DNA from: a virus
Lineage: Duplodnaviria > Caudoviricetes
Virus record (IMG/VR): IMGVR_UViG_3300024259_001623
Reading direction: 5' to 3' (one strand)
DNA length: 64,000 nt
In this document: positions 1-8,265 of the stretch, piece after piece
Numbering within the stretch: the stretch's first letter is position 1
How the letters are laid out: each line of letters begins with the position of its first letter
Program-made: the position numbers and the translations under genes
Notes under the pieces: generated by a model
The model's input: only the letters and a program-made list of their open reading frames with translations
The model's database searches: none
What the model was told of the DNA's origin: nothing

Positions 1-100
1 TTCTTGCCAGCTTAACATCTTTTCTACTAGATAAAACACTACGTTTCGGTGTTATAAGAACGTCATCAAATCCGATCTTTAAACCGCTTTCTATTCTCAT
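1..100 (-). CDS. guaC: GMP reductase, N-terminal fragment (runs off window start)
   Basis: Not in ORF track. Hand translation from ATG at 100 gives [33 protein letters not shown], closely resembling the GuaC N-terminus (E. coli [33 protein letters not shown]). AGAGG RBS upstream. Confidence 0.8.
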   Translation of the reverse strand, partial: MRIESGLKIGFDDVLITPKRSVLSSRKDVKLAR

Positions 101-109
101 ATTAACCTC

Positions 110-862
110 TTAAAATATTTTCTTACTTTCGTATTTATCCAATCGCAATGTATCACCTATGGATTCATAGGTAGGAAGAATATCATGCCTTTCTTCAATA
201 CCTCTCATAAATGGTTCTAATGCTTCACCACCAACTCTCTTAATCAGAAACGTTCCATTCTTCTCTTGATTAGTTAAATCGGTGGACCAGTTTTTACTTT
301 TATCATGCAGCATTTCGTGCATATCTTGTCTATTTTTGTTCATAAGTTGCTTATGAGAAAAAATAGAACGGCAATACATCTGCAAACTATTCCTTTCCCA
401 GTCGTTTGCTCTCCATAGCAAATTATTTACAACTTCTTCTCTAGGAACATTAAAAGCTCTAGAATCAAAAAGAGCCAACCTTCCATCATAGCCCATGCCT
501 GCTGCTGCCCGCCAAAAAACATTAAAATAAGCAGTCATTAAAGCAGCAGAAACAGAAACCATCTTATTCAATTTATAACCTAACCATCCTTGAGTGTGGA
601 CATCATCATAATCAGTTAAAACAAAAGTTGCTTCATCAGATTGAACATACCCCGCCTTAAAACCTTGCATTTCTTCTGCCACAGCCTTTGCAGCATTAAC
701 CATACAATTTATAATACGATCATCGAAAGGTTTATTACATTTTTTGGTAAATGTGTGGAATGCCTTACCATCGACCCTAACTATAACAGGTGCACGTTTC
801 ATCAATTGATAACGAGACACTTCCTCGTACCCTTTCATACGATTTCCTAATAATAATTTCAT
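110..862 (-). CDS. thg1: tRNA(His) guanylyltransferase, Thg1/Thg1-like (3'-5' polymerase)
   Basis: Motifs RMKGYE, VIVRVDGKAFHTFT, GYVQSDE, FDSRAFNVP, WRANDWERNS, KNGT. Confidence 0.92.
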   Translation of the reverse strand: MKLLLGNRMKGYEEVSRYQLMKRAPVIVRVDGKAFHTFTKKCNKPFDDRIINCMVNAAKAVAEEMQGFKAGYVQSDEATFVLTDYDDVHTQGWLGYKLNKMVSVSAALMTAYFNVFWRAAAGMGYDGRLALFDSRAFNVPREEVVNNLLWRANDWERNSLQMYCRSIFSHKQLMNKNRQDMHEMLHDKSKNWSTDLTNQEKNGTFLIKRVGGEALEPFMRGIEERHDILPTYESIGDTLRLDKYESKKIF

Positions 863-1007
863 ATTTTTCTCCTTCTATTTCACATTATGACTTCCCCAAT
901 TATAATGTATATTACTATGGCATGGACGACATAATGTTTTTCCGTTTTTTCGGCAAAACTATCTTTTAATAATATTTTTTAATAATATTTTTTAAAATAA
1001 ATCGTTA

Positions 1008-1067
1008 TCATTTACAAATAAAAATACCTTTCATGCGATCACCTAAACTGTCTTTAGAATTACTCAT
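1008..1067 (-). pseudogene. Orphan duplicate of the Thg1 N-terminus (19-aa mini-ORF)
   Basis: ATG at 1067 reads MSNSKDSLGDRMKGIFICK*. DSLGDRMKG is the usual Thg1 start and parallels LLGNRMKG at the start of 110..862. Confidence 0.6.
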
Positions 1068-1287
1068 CGCCTACTTCTCTCTCAAAAATTGCAATTAATT
1101 TCTTTTCATGTTCTGGAGAACTTCCAGTATCAATAAGAATGACATGAACATCATCTAAGGTAAAACAAGACGAATTCATGCCTCGTAAAACCTTTCTCAT
1201 ACTCTTGCATTTCTCTTGCCTAAATATCAAATCAGTTCCATATACATCAGAAACTCTATTTACATCAGAATATACTTTATTATCCAT
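1060..1287 (-). CDS. Hypothetical protein (75 aa)
   Basis: ORF with AAGGAG RBS, in the co-directional run. Confidence 0.6.
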   Translation of the reverse strand: MDNKVYSDVNRVSDVYGTDLIFRQEKCKSMRKVLRGMNSSCFTLDDVHVILIDTGSSPEHEKKLIAIFEREVGDE

Positions 1288-1297
1288 ATTTTCTCCT

Positions 1298-1765
1298 TTA
1301 TGGGGCCAACATCATAATTTCCATAACGCAAGCAGAAACATCTTTACCGTTTATGGTTGTCCCATTAGCTTTGAACAACTTCATAGCTGCTCCAATTGAC
1401 TTACCAGCATGATTGCTAGATAGTATATTATTATACAATTCTTCATCACTTTTTATCATTTCCATGACCTCTTCCTTATTTAGAGATTTTGGAATTAGTG
1501 TTTCCATCAATGTATTTTCATCTACCAGCACTTGATATCTAGCATCTGTTGTTTTCATCACTGCCAAAGTTTCTTTATTGCTTTCTACCAACTTAGAAAC
1601 GATTTTTTGTGATTCTTGTTCAGTTATAGAACCTTTTCTGGATTCCGCAAGTTCTATTTCCCCTAAAATAACTTTCAAAATACTATTAGTGAAAGTATCT
1701 TTTGCCAACGTCGCTTTCCTAATCTGAACTTTTAGTTCATCTTTTAAACTCATCATTTTCTCCAT
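1298..1765 (-). CDS. GatB/YqeY domain protein
   Basis: SLKDELKVQIRKATLAKD...ILKVILGEI, LVDENTLMETLIPKSLNKEE and IGAAMK follow the YqeY pattern. Confidence 0.75.
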   Translation of the reverse strand: MEKMMSLKDELKVQIRKATLAKDTFTNSILKVILGEIELAESRKGSITEQESQKIVSKLVESNKETLAVMKTTDARYQVLVDENTLMETLIPKSLNKEEVMEMIKSDEELYNNILSSNHAGKSIGAAMKLFKANGTTINGKDVSACVMEIMMLAP

Positions 1766-1769
1766 TTAT

Positions 1770-2168
1770 TTAATTTACATATACTTGCATAAATACAGCA
1801 TCATAGACTTTTCCAGCCGCAACGAAGTCTTTTTCACTGACCGTAACAGGGATAATTTTTAAATAAGCGCCTCTATTAAAAGGAACTCTTTTTTGACGAG
1901 CTAAATATTCTTTAGCTTTTGGTTTGTTTGTAAAAACATGTATACCTCTATCTATTTGATCGAAAGCTTCTTCAACAGAATTCATTTCTAGATAACATCT
2001 ATTAGATTTCGCCACACAACCTTTTTTGTAATCTTGGTCATATAGAATACTATGATCACTATTTACAAATCCCATTCTGACGACTTTCCACATAATAGAT
2101 TTGCCACCATGTTCTTTTAATGTTCTTCTAACTCTCTTAGTTCTTTTTTCATCAATATCGAGACACAT
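1770..2168 (-). CDS. Hypothetical protein, paralog of 2168..2584
   Basis: Shares MCxxxDxKRTxRVRRTxKxxGGxxIMWKV, RGIHVxTNK and DFVAAGxxYDAVF with its neighbour. Confidence 0.75.
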   Translation of the reverse strand: MCLDIDEKRTKRVRRTLKEHGGKSIMWKVVRMGFVNSDHSILYDQDYKKGCVAKSNRCYLEMNSVEEAFDQIDRGIHVFTNKPKAKEYLARQKRVPFNRGAYLKIIPVTVSEKDFVAAGKVYDAVFMQVYVN

Positions 2169-2584
2169 TATTCTTCCTCCATCGCCTCATCATAATCTAC
2201 TGGATCAAGAAATACTTTATCGAAAACAGCATCATAATCATCTCCTGCCGCAACAAAATCTGTTGAATAAACTATAACAGGAACAACCAGCCACCATTTA
2301 TAAAAACATGCATCTAAAGCTTTTGTCTTATTTGTATATACATGTATACCTCTATATACATCATCACCAGATTGATGTTCTGTATAACCATATCTGTTAG
2401 ATTTATTCCACCCAAAAGTATAAACACTGTCACGATAAGGAGACATTAAAGATTTTTCAAGTTTCCCGCTAACAGGATTGACATGACTAAGCTTTAAAAC
2501 TTTCCACATAATAGTTCTTCCACCATTATCTTTGAATGTTCTTCTAACTCGTCTGGTTCGCTTTTTATCAACATAGCAACACAT
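2168..2584 (-). CDS. Hypothetical protein, paralog of 1770..2168
   Basis: Start re-placed at MCCYVDKKR (ATG 2584, AAGGAG 8 nt upstream) to match the paralog; the ORF track extends it to 2626. Confidence 0.75.
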   Translation of the reverse strand: MCCYVDKKRTRRVRRTFKDNGGRTIMWKVLKLSHVNPVSGKLEKSLMSPYRDSVYTFGWNKSNRYGYTEHQSGDDVYRGIHVYTNKTKALDACFYKWWLVVPVIVYSTDFVAAGDDYDAVFDKVFLDPVDYDEAMEEE

Positions 2585-2625
2585 TACAAATATCTCCTTA
2601 ATTTTTTCCTGTACACGGCCACACA

Positions 2626-2654
2626 ATTATACAATTAACTTCATATTTTTGCAA
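2626..2654 (-). promoter_or_regulatory. Sigma70-type promoter TTGCAA-N17-TATAAT
   Basis: -35 at 2654-2649, -10 at 2631-2626, upstream of the paralog pair. Confidence 0.7.
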
Positions 2655-2662
2655 TTACCAAA

Positions 2663-3520
2663 TTAAATTTTGTCGTAATTGGTGATAACTATTTCTCTTC
2701 CGATTTTTTTCTTCTTATTAGATGTGCCGCAATAAATCCATTCTTCTTCATAGATATTGAAACCATCATATAAGTCCCTGATGAAATTTTCATCGTCATC
2801 ATCATAACTCATGAGGATTTTATGTTTACAATTTTTGATATCTTTAGCTAATTTGATATGTTGAGCTATAGTAAAATTATTCTTATATAGCTTAGAAGAT
2901 TTAGACAATTTACTATTTACATAGTACGGTGGGTCAAGATAAATCCAAACATCATCTCCATCCTCTGACAAAACTTCTTCATAACCTTGAGAAGTTATTT
3001 TTGTATCTTTAATAGCGTCAGCAGCGCGATCTAAAGTATTCTTATCAATTATATTCCATCCATTAGGATTAGAATAATATAATCTCGAAGGCATGTCGTA
3101 ATTAACTCTACCTTCCCAAACTGTTCTATTGATAAAGAAATATTTCAACGCTTTATCTGAATCAGGATTGGCGATCAACTCATCAAAAACTTCTTTTAAT
3201 CTGGCATTATAAATCTTTTTACCGCCAGGCTTTGCAGAAGTCAGAGGTTCTCCGTCCTTCGCTGTCTCTATTGCTCTACATTTTGCTATGAACTCTTTTG
3301 GACGATCACGCAGGGCCATATAAACGGCAATAAGATCATCATCGATATCATTAATCCATCTTTTGATACCTGGGTCTATTGTCCAGAAAATACCGCCACC
3401 ACCTACAAATGGTGATCTAAATTCAGAATAGAACATCGGGGCATAAGATAATATCTTTTCTCTTACACTGATTTTAGATTTACCGCCTGGATAACGAAAC
3501 AACGAAATATACTTACTCAT
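2663..3520 (-). CDS. N6-adenine DNA methyltransferase (Dam/D12 class)
   Basis: FRYPGGKS, PFVGGGG (motif I), WINDID, YLDPPY (motif IV). Target site unknown. Confidence 0.92.
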   Translation of the reverse strand: MSKYISLFRYPGGKSKISVREKILSYAPMFYSEFRSPFVGGGGIFWTIDPGIKRWINDIDDDLIAVYMALRDRPKEFIAKCRAIETAKDGEPLTSAKPGGKKIYNARLKEVFDELIANPDSDKALKYFFINRTVWEGRVNYDMPSRLYYSNPNGWNIIDKNTLDRAADAIKDTKITSQGYEEVLSEDGDDVWIYLDPPYYVNSKLSKSSKLYKNNFTIAQHIKLAKDIKNCKHKILMSYDDDDENFIRDLYDGFNIYEEEWIYCGTSNKKKKIGREIVITNYDKI

Positions 3521-3531
3521 ATAATCAAACC

Positions 3532-4479
3532 TTAATAATCAGTGGTAACAGTCAAATGGAAATTATCAGAACATTCTTTTCTTGATTGCCATAGATAATT
3601 ATCTACTATCATTGCGTTAGTTCCAGACATATTAGCGATTTTATCACAAGCAATTATAGTAGCTGCCCTTATCTCAATTTCTTCAAGAGAATTTTTTGCT
3701 AAATGTTCAGAATTTCCTATTTTATTAGTCAAAATGGCGTCATATTTTAAACAGCCTTTATAGCGTAAAATCTTCGGAATCTGATAATCGGCCGGCACTG
3801 TCAGTTTTTCTATCTCTGAAACAGGGAAAATCCCTAATTCTCGCTGAATTTGCATAATAAATAATTGTGCCCTTTTCAAAAACATATCAGAAGCAAAACC
3901 AGGAAAAGTCTCGCACAAATACGATACAGTTTGCTCAACGTTTTTGCATTGCAGTATAGAATCGATTATATTACTCATAATATATTTATGATTTAACAAC
4001 TCATATAAATGTTTATATCTCTCTTCTAACATTGGAAAACGATGTAAAACCAGTAGTTGATAAAAATTACGTATTAGTGGTTCATTAAAAACAACCTCGC
4101 CAGGTGCCCCAGGAGGCCCTGTAAACATGATTGGCGACGAGCTATCTACATATATTCTTATATCATAAACAGATTGTAATACGGCTGCACGTAATAAATC
4201 ATACATTTTAGTAGAACTAGAACCTAAAGGTCTAACCTTAGAAGAACCGTACCAATAACAATAATTAATAGAACTAGCAATAATTTCGCAAAGAATAATA
4301 TATTTTGCTTGAATCTTCTTACCATCAAATTCCCAATTGCTAAATGACCAATCAGTTAAAACATCTTTTTCTTTTTGCGCGAAGACAAGAGCTAATTCTT
4401 CTATTTGTTCTTCACAAAGAAACACATGCTTAGGATGAGCCATTATCTCTTGAGAGATATCTAAAACACTTTCAATCAT
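3532..4479 (-). CDS. qng1: Queuosine salvage family protein (DUF2419 / Qng1-like queuosine-5'-phosphate N-glycosylase)
   Basis: INYCYW, FLKRAQL, LTVPADYQIPKILR, EIEIRAATI and VDNYLW match the Qng1/C9orf64 family motifs, including the ADY Asp. Confidence 0.82.
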   Translation of the reverse strand: MIESVLDISQEIMAHPKHVFLCEEQIEELALVFAQKEKDVLTDWSFSNWEFDGKKIQAKYIILCEIIASSINYCYWYGSSKVRPLGSSSTKMYDLLRAAVLQSVYDIRIYVDSSSPIMFTGPPGAPGEVVFNEPLIRNFYQLLVLHRFPMLEERYKHLYELLNHKYIMSNIIDSILQCKNVEQTVSYLCETFPGFASDMFLKRAQLFIMQIQRELGIFPVSEIEKLTVPADYQIPKILRYKGCLKYDAILTNKIGNSEHLAKNSLEEIEIRAATIIACDKIANMSGTNAMIVDNYLWQSRKECSDNFHLTVTTDY

Positions 4480-5065
4480 CTTTATTCTTCCTTTTAAATA
4501 TATGAATTTGGGTTTTTACTATTTTTTGAACATCGTCATTCCATTTGCGATACTGTATCATGCCATAATTAACCAAAGTTTTTATCTCTGAATTGTTCAG
4601 TCTAACAGAAATGTCATTAGGAGAAAATGATTTATATATTCTAAAATCAAAATTCTTACAAATATGATCTATCGTTTTGGTGGTAATAATATAATATCCA
4701 TTCTCTCTAATAATTAAGATATTAGACTTTTCTTTTTTATAACGTAGAAGATTACTTTTCTTAAATGTCATACATTTGAATTGCTCAGAATGTACTTTGA
4801 TCTCAAATAAGATATTCTTCCCATCGATAATAAATAGATAATCTGGTTTTGCATTGACTTTTCTAGATTTTATTATCAGACTTCCATCATTATCCATCCC
4901 ATAATCTTTTATATCTACTTCATGACCTTTACTTTGTAAATCTTTTTGTATCAATTCTGCTGCAATTCTTTCATGTTCCGTGTATTTAGAGATATCATCT
5001 TTGAAGTCTTTAATACTTCTATCATCTCTACGATGCTTCAAACTTTTTACATCTCTGTTTTCCAT
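4472..5065 (-). CDS. PD-(D/E)XK-family nuclease-like protein
   Basis: KPDYLF...LFEIKVH gives a PD..(E)xK arrangement. Confidence 0.55.
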   Translation of the reverse strand: MENRDVKSLKHRRDDRSIKDFKDDISKYTEHERIAAELIQKDLQSKGHEVDIKDYGMDNDGSLIIKSRKVNAKPDYLFIIDGKNILFEIKVHSEQFKCMTFKKSNLLRYKKEKSNILIIRENGYYIITTKTIDHICKNFDFRIYKSFSPNDISVRLNNSEIKTLVNYGMIQYRKWNDDVQKIVKTQIHIFKRKNKDD

Positions 5066-5067
5066 CT

Positions 5068-5382
5068 CTACTTCTTATCTTTAGCGTCTTCGATTTTTTT
5101 GATAACGTCAAGATTATCAACAACTTCAATCTTTTTAGCTGCTTTCTTAGCCTTCTTAGCTTTCTTCGCTTTCTTCGCTGTTTTTACTTCTTGGTATTCT
5201 TTGACTTCTGGGGTATCTAGATCAATATTTACTTTAACAGTAAATTTTGCTTGTATCTTATTTCTCATCAGTACCTCTTTGATCATTAGATGGACTTTCT
5301 CCATCTCATTAGAATCATGTATCTCTTGATGGACATCTCTCATCGCGTCATTATCACATTCTATTTTAATCTCATCAGGCAT
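5068..5382 (-). CDS. Hypothetical protein with Lys/Ala tract (KTAKKAKKAKKAKKAAKK)
   Basis: ORF overlaps both neighbours; histone-H1-like low-complexity stretch. Confidence 0.6.
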   Translation of the reverse strand: MPDEIKIECDNDAMRDVHQEIHDSNEMEKVHLMIKEVLMRNKIQAKFTVKVNIDLDTPEVKEYQEVKTAKKAKKAKKAKKAAKKIEVVDNLDVIKKIEDAKDKK

Positions 5383-5962
5383 TGCGAAGTACTCCTTTTA
5401 TTTGTTTTTCTAGTTTAATGTTCGATCTGCCAGCACATATTTCTCTGACTTCTGGCTTTTCTTGAAACAAAGCCTCATCATATCGAAAACGTTTTATTTC
5501 TATACATATTCCCATCAAAAGCTCTTTATAAGCCGCTATGTAGTCCTTATCTTCTGACATCTTTGCTGTCAAAGGACCATAAACAATTTTTTTAGATCCA
5601 ACTTGTACAATTCCCCTCAAACAATCTACGCAAGGAAAACCAGTTACATAAAAAACAGAATTGTTTAATGCAGTTCCATTTCTGGCTGCATTATAAATAG
5701 CATTTCTTTCTGAATGTTCAAAAAATAAATACTTCTCTGGCCGAGTCTGAGGAACATTATCATCTATAGACCCTTTCATCGGGCTATTATATCCTGTTGT
5801 AAGTATTCCACCTTCTTGATCAGTAACAACGCATCCACATTTACTACTTTTATCTAAAGATTTAGTGCTTACTTCAAAACATAATTTCATAGCATATAAA
5901 TCTTTAGTGGGTCGCCCAAGACGGTCATACCCAAACCCGAATCTACCTCTAATATCTTCCAT
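5375..5962 (-). CDS. dCMP deaminase
   Basis: GYN, HSERNAI and FPCVDC zinc-binding motifs of the cytidine/dCMP deaminase family. Confidence 0.88.
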   Translation of the reverse strand: MEDIRGRFGFGYDRLGRPTKDLYAMKLCFEVSTKSLDKSSKCGCVVTDQEGGILTTGYNSPMKGSIDDNVPQTRPEKYLFFEHSERNAIYNAARNGTALNNSVFYVTGFPCVDCLRGIVQVGSKKIVYGPLTAKMSEDKDYIAAYKELLMGICIEIKRFRYDEALFQEKPEVREICAGRSNIKLEKQIKGVLRNA

Positions 5963-5967
5963 ACTAT

Positions 5968-6495
5968 TTATCCTTTTATATTTTTAATAACTAAATTATA
6001 GATATCTGCTTTATTAAAAGCTGGGATACAATGCAATTCATCTAACTGATCTTGCAAAAAAGTCTTCATGTCGTTGTCAACCTGCAAAGCTTCTTCATAC
6101 GTTTGAAATCTTCCAGTAGTGTCATATTCTTGATCTTCTCTATCCAAAAATATATTTAAAGACTCATGATCACTTTCAAATTTATTTGATATGCTTATCA
6201 GTTCATCGTATATAGGAACTTTGTATAAAATTGAATAAAAACAACCCACCAACAAAGGAGAATCAGTTACAAGATGTTTATATCCTGCTCTAATAACTAA
6301 ATCTTCTCTATGTAATTGATTAGCCAAAATCAACATTTGTTCGAAACCTACTGGCAGTCTTTTGGTATACGTCCACTGTTTTACATATTCAGTTACCAAT
6401 TCTATGTCATAGTCCTGCATTTTCAATTGCGAAAATAACCATGCAGCAGTTGTACTCTTCCCGGCACCTGGACCAGCATATAAACAGATTCTCAC
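5968..6495 (-). CDS. P-loop NTPase/kinase (NadR/AAA_28-like)
   Basis: GPGAGKST, ELVTEYVK, LVTDSP, GRFQ. GTG start. Confidence 0.75.
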   Translation of the reverse strand: MRICLYAGPGAGKSTTAAWLFSQLKMQDYDIELVTEYVKQWTYTKRLPVGFEQMLILANQLHREDLVIRAGYKHLVTDSPLLVGCFYSILYKVPIYDELISISNKFESDHESLNIFLDREDQEYDTTGRFQTYEEALQVDNDMKTFLQDQLDELHCIPAFNKADIYNLVIKNIKG

Positions 6496-6498
6496 AGT

Positions 6499-7410
6499 TT
6501 AGACTCCTATCATAGATTGCTTGCGAGTCAATTCTCGCTTCTTATACTCTTCTATATCATAAAGCTCGTTACTTGGTAGTTTATCTACTAAAATACCACT
6601 ATGGGTGGTTACTAAAAATTGTTTATCGCTAAACACTTCTTTGATCTTATTAATCATGTTTAGATGTCTTTTGAAATATACATGCATTTCTATATTATCT
6701 ATCAATATAATATCAGAATTTGCCATCTGTTCTGGATTACATAAGTTTCTTAACAAAGTAGCTATTTTCTTTTCGCCAGCGCTCATCCTTTTGAAGTGAA
6801 CTTTAACATCACTATATTCTTTGTATAAAACAAAATTAGTGTAAAACAGTTCATCAGTTACATAATCTTCTGATTTTGTGCTATCGACCATTTCCCCTAA
6901 AGCGTTTACTTCATCTCTCAATTCACATTTATAACCCAAAATAACTTCGGCCATATCTAAAAACTTATCTTTCATCCCACATTGTAATTGAAAACTATTT
7001 ACGCTAATAGGTTTATCTACATCTATATAGTAAATAGAACCCCAAGGATTATCAGACAACTCATTAATTATTACACCGTCTTTAGAGGACAAAACAACTT
7101 TCTTTTCCTCTCCATCCTCATCAAATACTCCATGAAGAAAAAGAATCTCTTTGGGTTTATCAAATGCAGCGTAGGCGGGGTTATAATCTCTGTTAAAGAT
7201 TAATTTTCTAAACATGGTTTCGGTGTTAAATTTGTTGATTCTTTTAGCCATAGACAGAAAGTTTATGGCTGACAGGACTGTACTTTTACCGATGCCGTTT
7301 GGCCCATAAAAAGCACAGAAATTTTTGATACTTCCATTTTGAGTAAAATCAAAGGCCATATCCTCATAGCCACAATAATTTTCCATTCTTATTCGTTTTA
7401 TTTTAACCAT
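6499..7410 (-). CDS. ABC/SMC-like ATPase (AAA_21-like)
   Basis: Walker A GPNGIGKST, signature MSAGEKK, Walker B ILIDNIE (atypical), H-loop VTTHS. Confidence 0.8.
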   Translation of the reverse strand: MVKIKRIRMENYCGYEDMAFDFTQNGSIKNFCAFYGPNGIGKSTVLSAINFLSMAKRINKFNTETMFRKLIFNRDYNPAYAAFDKPKEILFLHGVFDEDGEEKKVVLSSKDGVIINELSDNPWGSIYYIDVDKPISVNSFQLQCGMKDKFLDMAEVILGYKCELRDEVNALGEMVDSTKSEDYVTDELFYTNFVLYKEYSDVKVHFKRMSAGEKKIATLLRNLCNPEQMANSDIILIDNIEMHVYFKRHLNMINKIKEVFSDKQFLVTTHSGILVDKLPSNELYDIEEYKKRELTRKQSMIGV

Positions 7411-7474
7411 TTACAATTCCTTCCAAAGATAATATCTTTACATATCTTTTCGTCACTTTGTCGATATTATAAAC

Positions 7475-7762
7475 ATGAAAAACTCAGTATCTAAAAATAA
7501 TATTGTCCAAGATAAAAAGACTTTCAAAAAGTCTGCCGGCAAATGCAGAATATGCGACAATGACAATTATAGTACTTTATCCGTTCATCGTATAAAGCCA
7601 GGATGCGAAGGTGGCAAATATACTGAAATGAACGTTGTTGTTTGTTGTGAGAACTGCCATAGAAGAATACATAATAAAGAAATAGAAATAGACAGATATT
7701 ATGATTCTACTGGTGGAACTCTTTTACGTATCGTAGAAGACGGTAAAGAAAAATTTGTTTAA
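7475..7762 (+). CDS. Small HNH endonuclease
   Basis: CRIC...VHRIKPGCEGGKYTEMNVVVCCENCHRRIH. One of very few credible plus-strand genes. Confidence 0.85.
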   Translation: MKNSVSKNNIVQDKKTFKKSAGKCRICDNDNYSTLSVHRIKPGCEGGKYTEMNVVVCCENCHRRIHNKEIEIDRYYDSTGGTLLRIVEDGKEKFV

Positions 7763-8031
7763 CGATTGTTGAATGGATAGCTTTATCGGGATCTTAGTTA
7801 CATGCGTCACCTACTGTCTGGCCAATAGACACATGGAATGGGGCCAACCGGATAAGCCTTCATTCTCTCCTGACCGACAGACGTAGCGGTGTTCTCTTTC
7901 GAGTCTTTATGCTCCCTCTACATCACCCGCATTAGCGATTTCAAGGTCATGTTACAGGCGTGTCTGCCCGCTGCTATCTCACCGCACTTCCTACCAGATA
8001 AACTCTGGCCGTTTTCAACAACCGTTAAACA
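7756..8031 (-). ncRNA. Structured ncRNA candidate of unknown family (276 nt)
   Basis: 18-bp terminal inverted repeat (7756-7773/8014-8031); its single mismatch is a G-U pair on the minus strand. 7801-7980 is 52% GC versus 32-35% in flanking lines. Internal CCAGA-GUUUA-UCUGG and CUC-GAAA-GAG hairpins. Confidence 0.6.
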
Positions 8032-8264
8032 TTATTCTTTTTATCATTATTAAACAAAGACTGTATCAACTTTGGCCCCCACATAACCCCAGTTATAACA
8101 CAAGACAGAAATATAGTAAGTCTCACAGAAAAATTGCTTGTACCAATCCCCATTTCAGACATAATTTTTATCAATGCATCTACACTTTCTTGAAAAGAAA
8201 ACGCAAATACTGCTAACAAAAAACCTATGGCAAAATATATACCCAACAACCATATCCAAATCAT
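8025..8264 (-). CDS. Small membrane protein
   Basis: Two hydrophobic segments. Confidence 0.6.
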   Translation of the reverse strand: MIWIWLLGIYFAIGFLLAVFAFSFQESVDALIKIMSEMGIGTSNFSVRLTIFLSCVITGVMWGPKLIQSLFNNDKKNNV

Positions 8265-8265
8265 A

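Noticed and set aside
968-993. 13-bp tandem repeat AATAATATTTTTT x2
   Set aside because: Pure A/T slippage-type repeat; noted only as part of the thg1 insert.
830-1025. Group I intron in thg1 (exon ends in U, insert ends in G)
   Set aside because: The insert is short and very AT-rich, has no recognisable P7/R-S core, and carries its own RBS and replacement N-terminus.
2663-5065. Classical type II restriction-modification pair
   Set aside because: The MTase looks like an orphan Dam-type enzyme and is separated from the nuclease-like gene by Qng1. The nuclease call rests on a short motif, so cognate R-M pairing is unsupported.
7756-8031. RNase P RNA, cobalamin riboswitch, tmRNA or SRP identity for the ncRNA candidate
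   Set aside because: AGAAUGAAGGCUUAU and GGCCAGACAGU recall RNase P, but no GAGGAAAGUCC able to form P4 is present. GGAAG..GGUGAGA..CUGUAA..GUCAGGAGA recalls the B12 element but lacks the UCC and CCCG parts. No tRNA-like T-arm/CCA end and no SRP GGAA helix 8.
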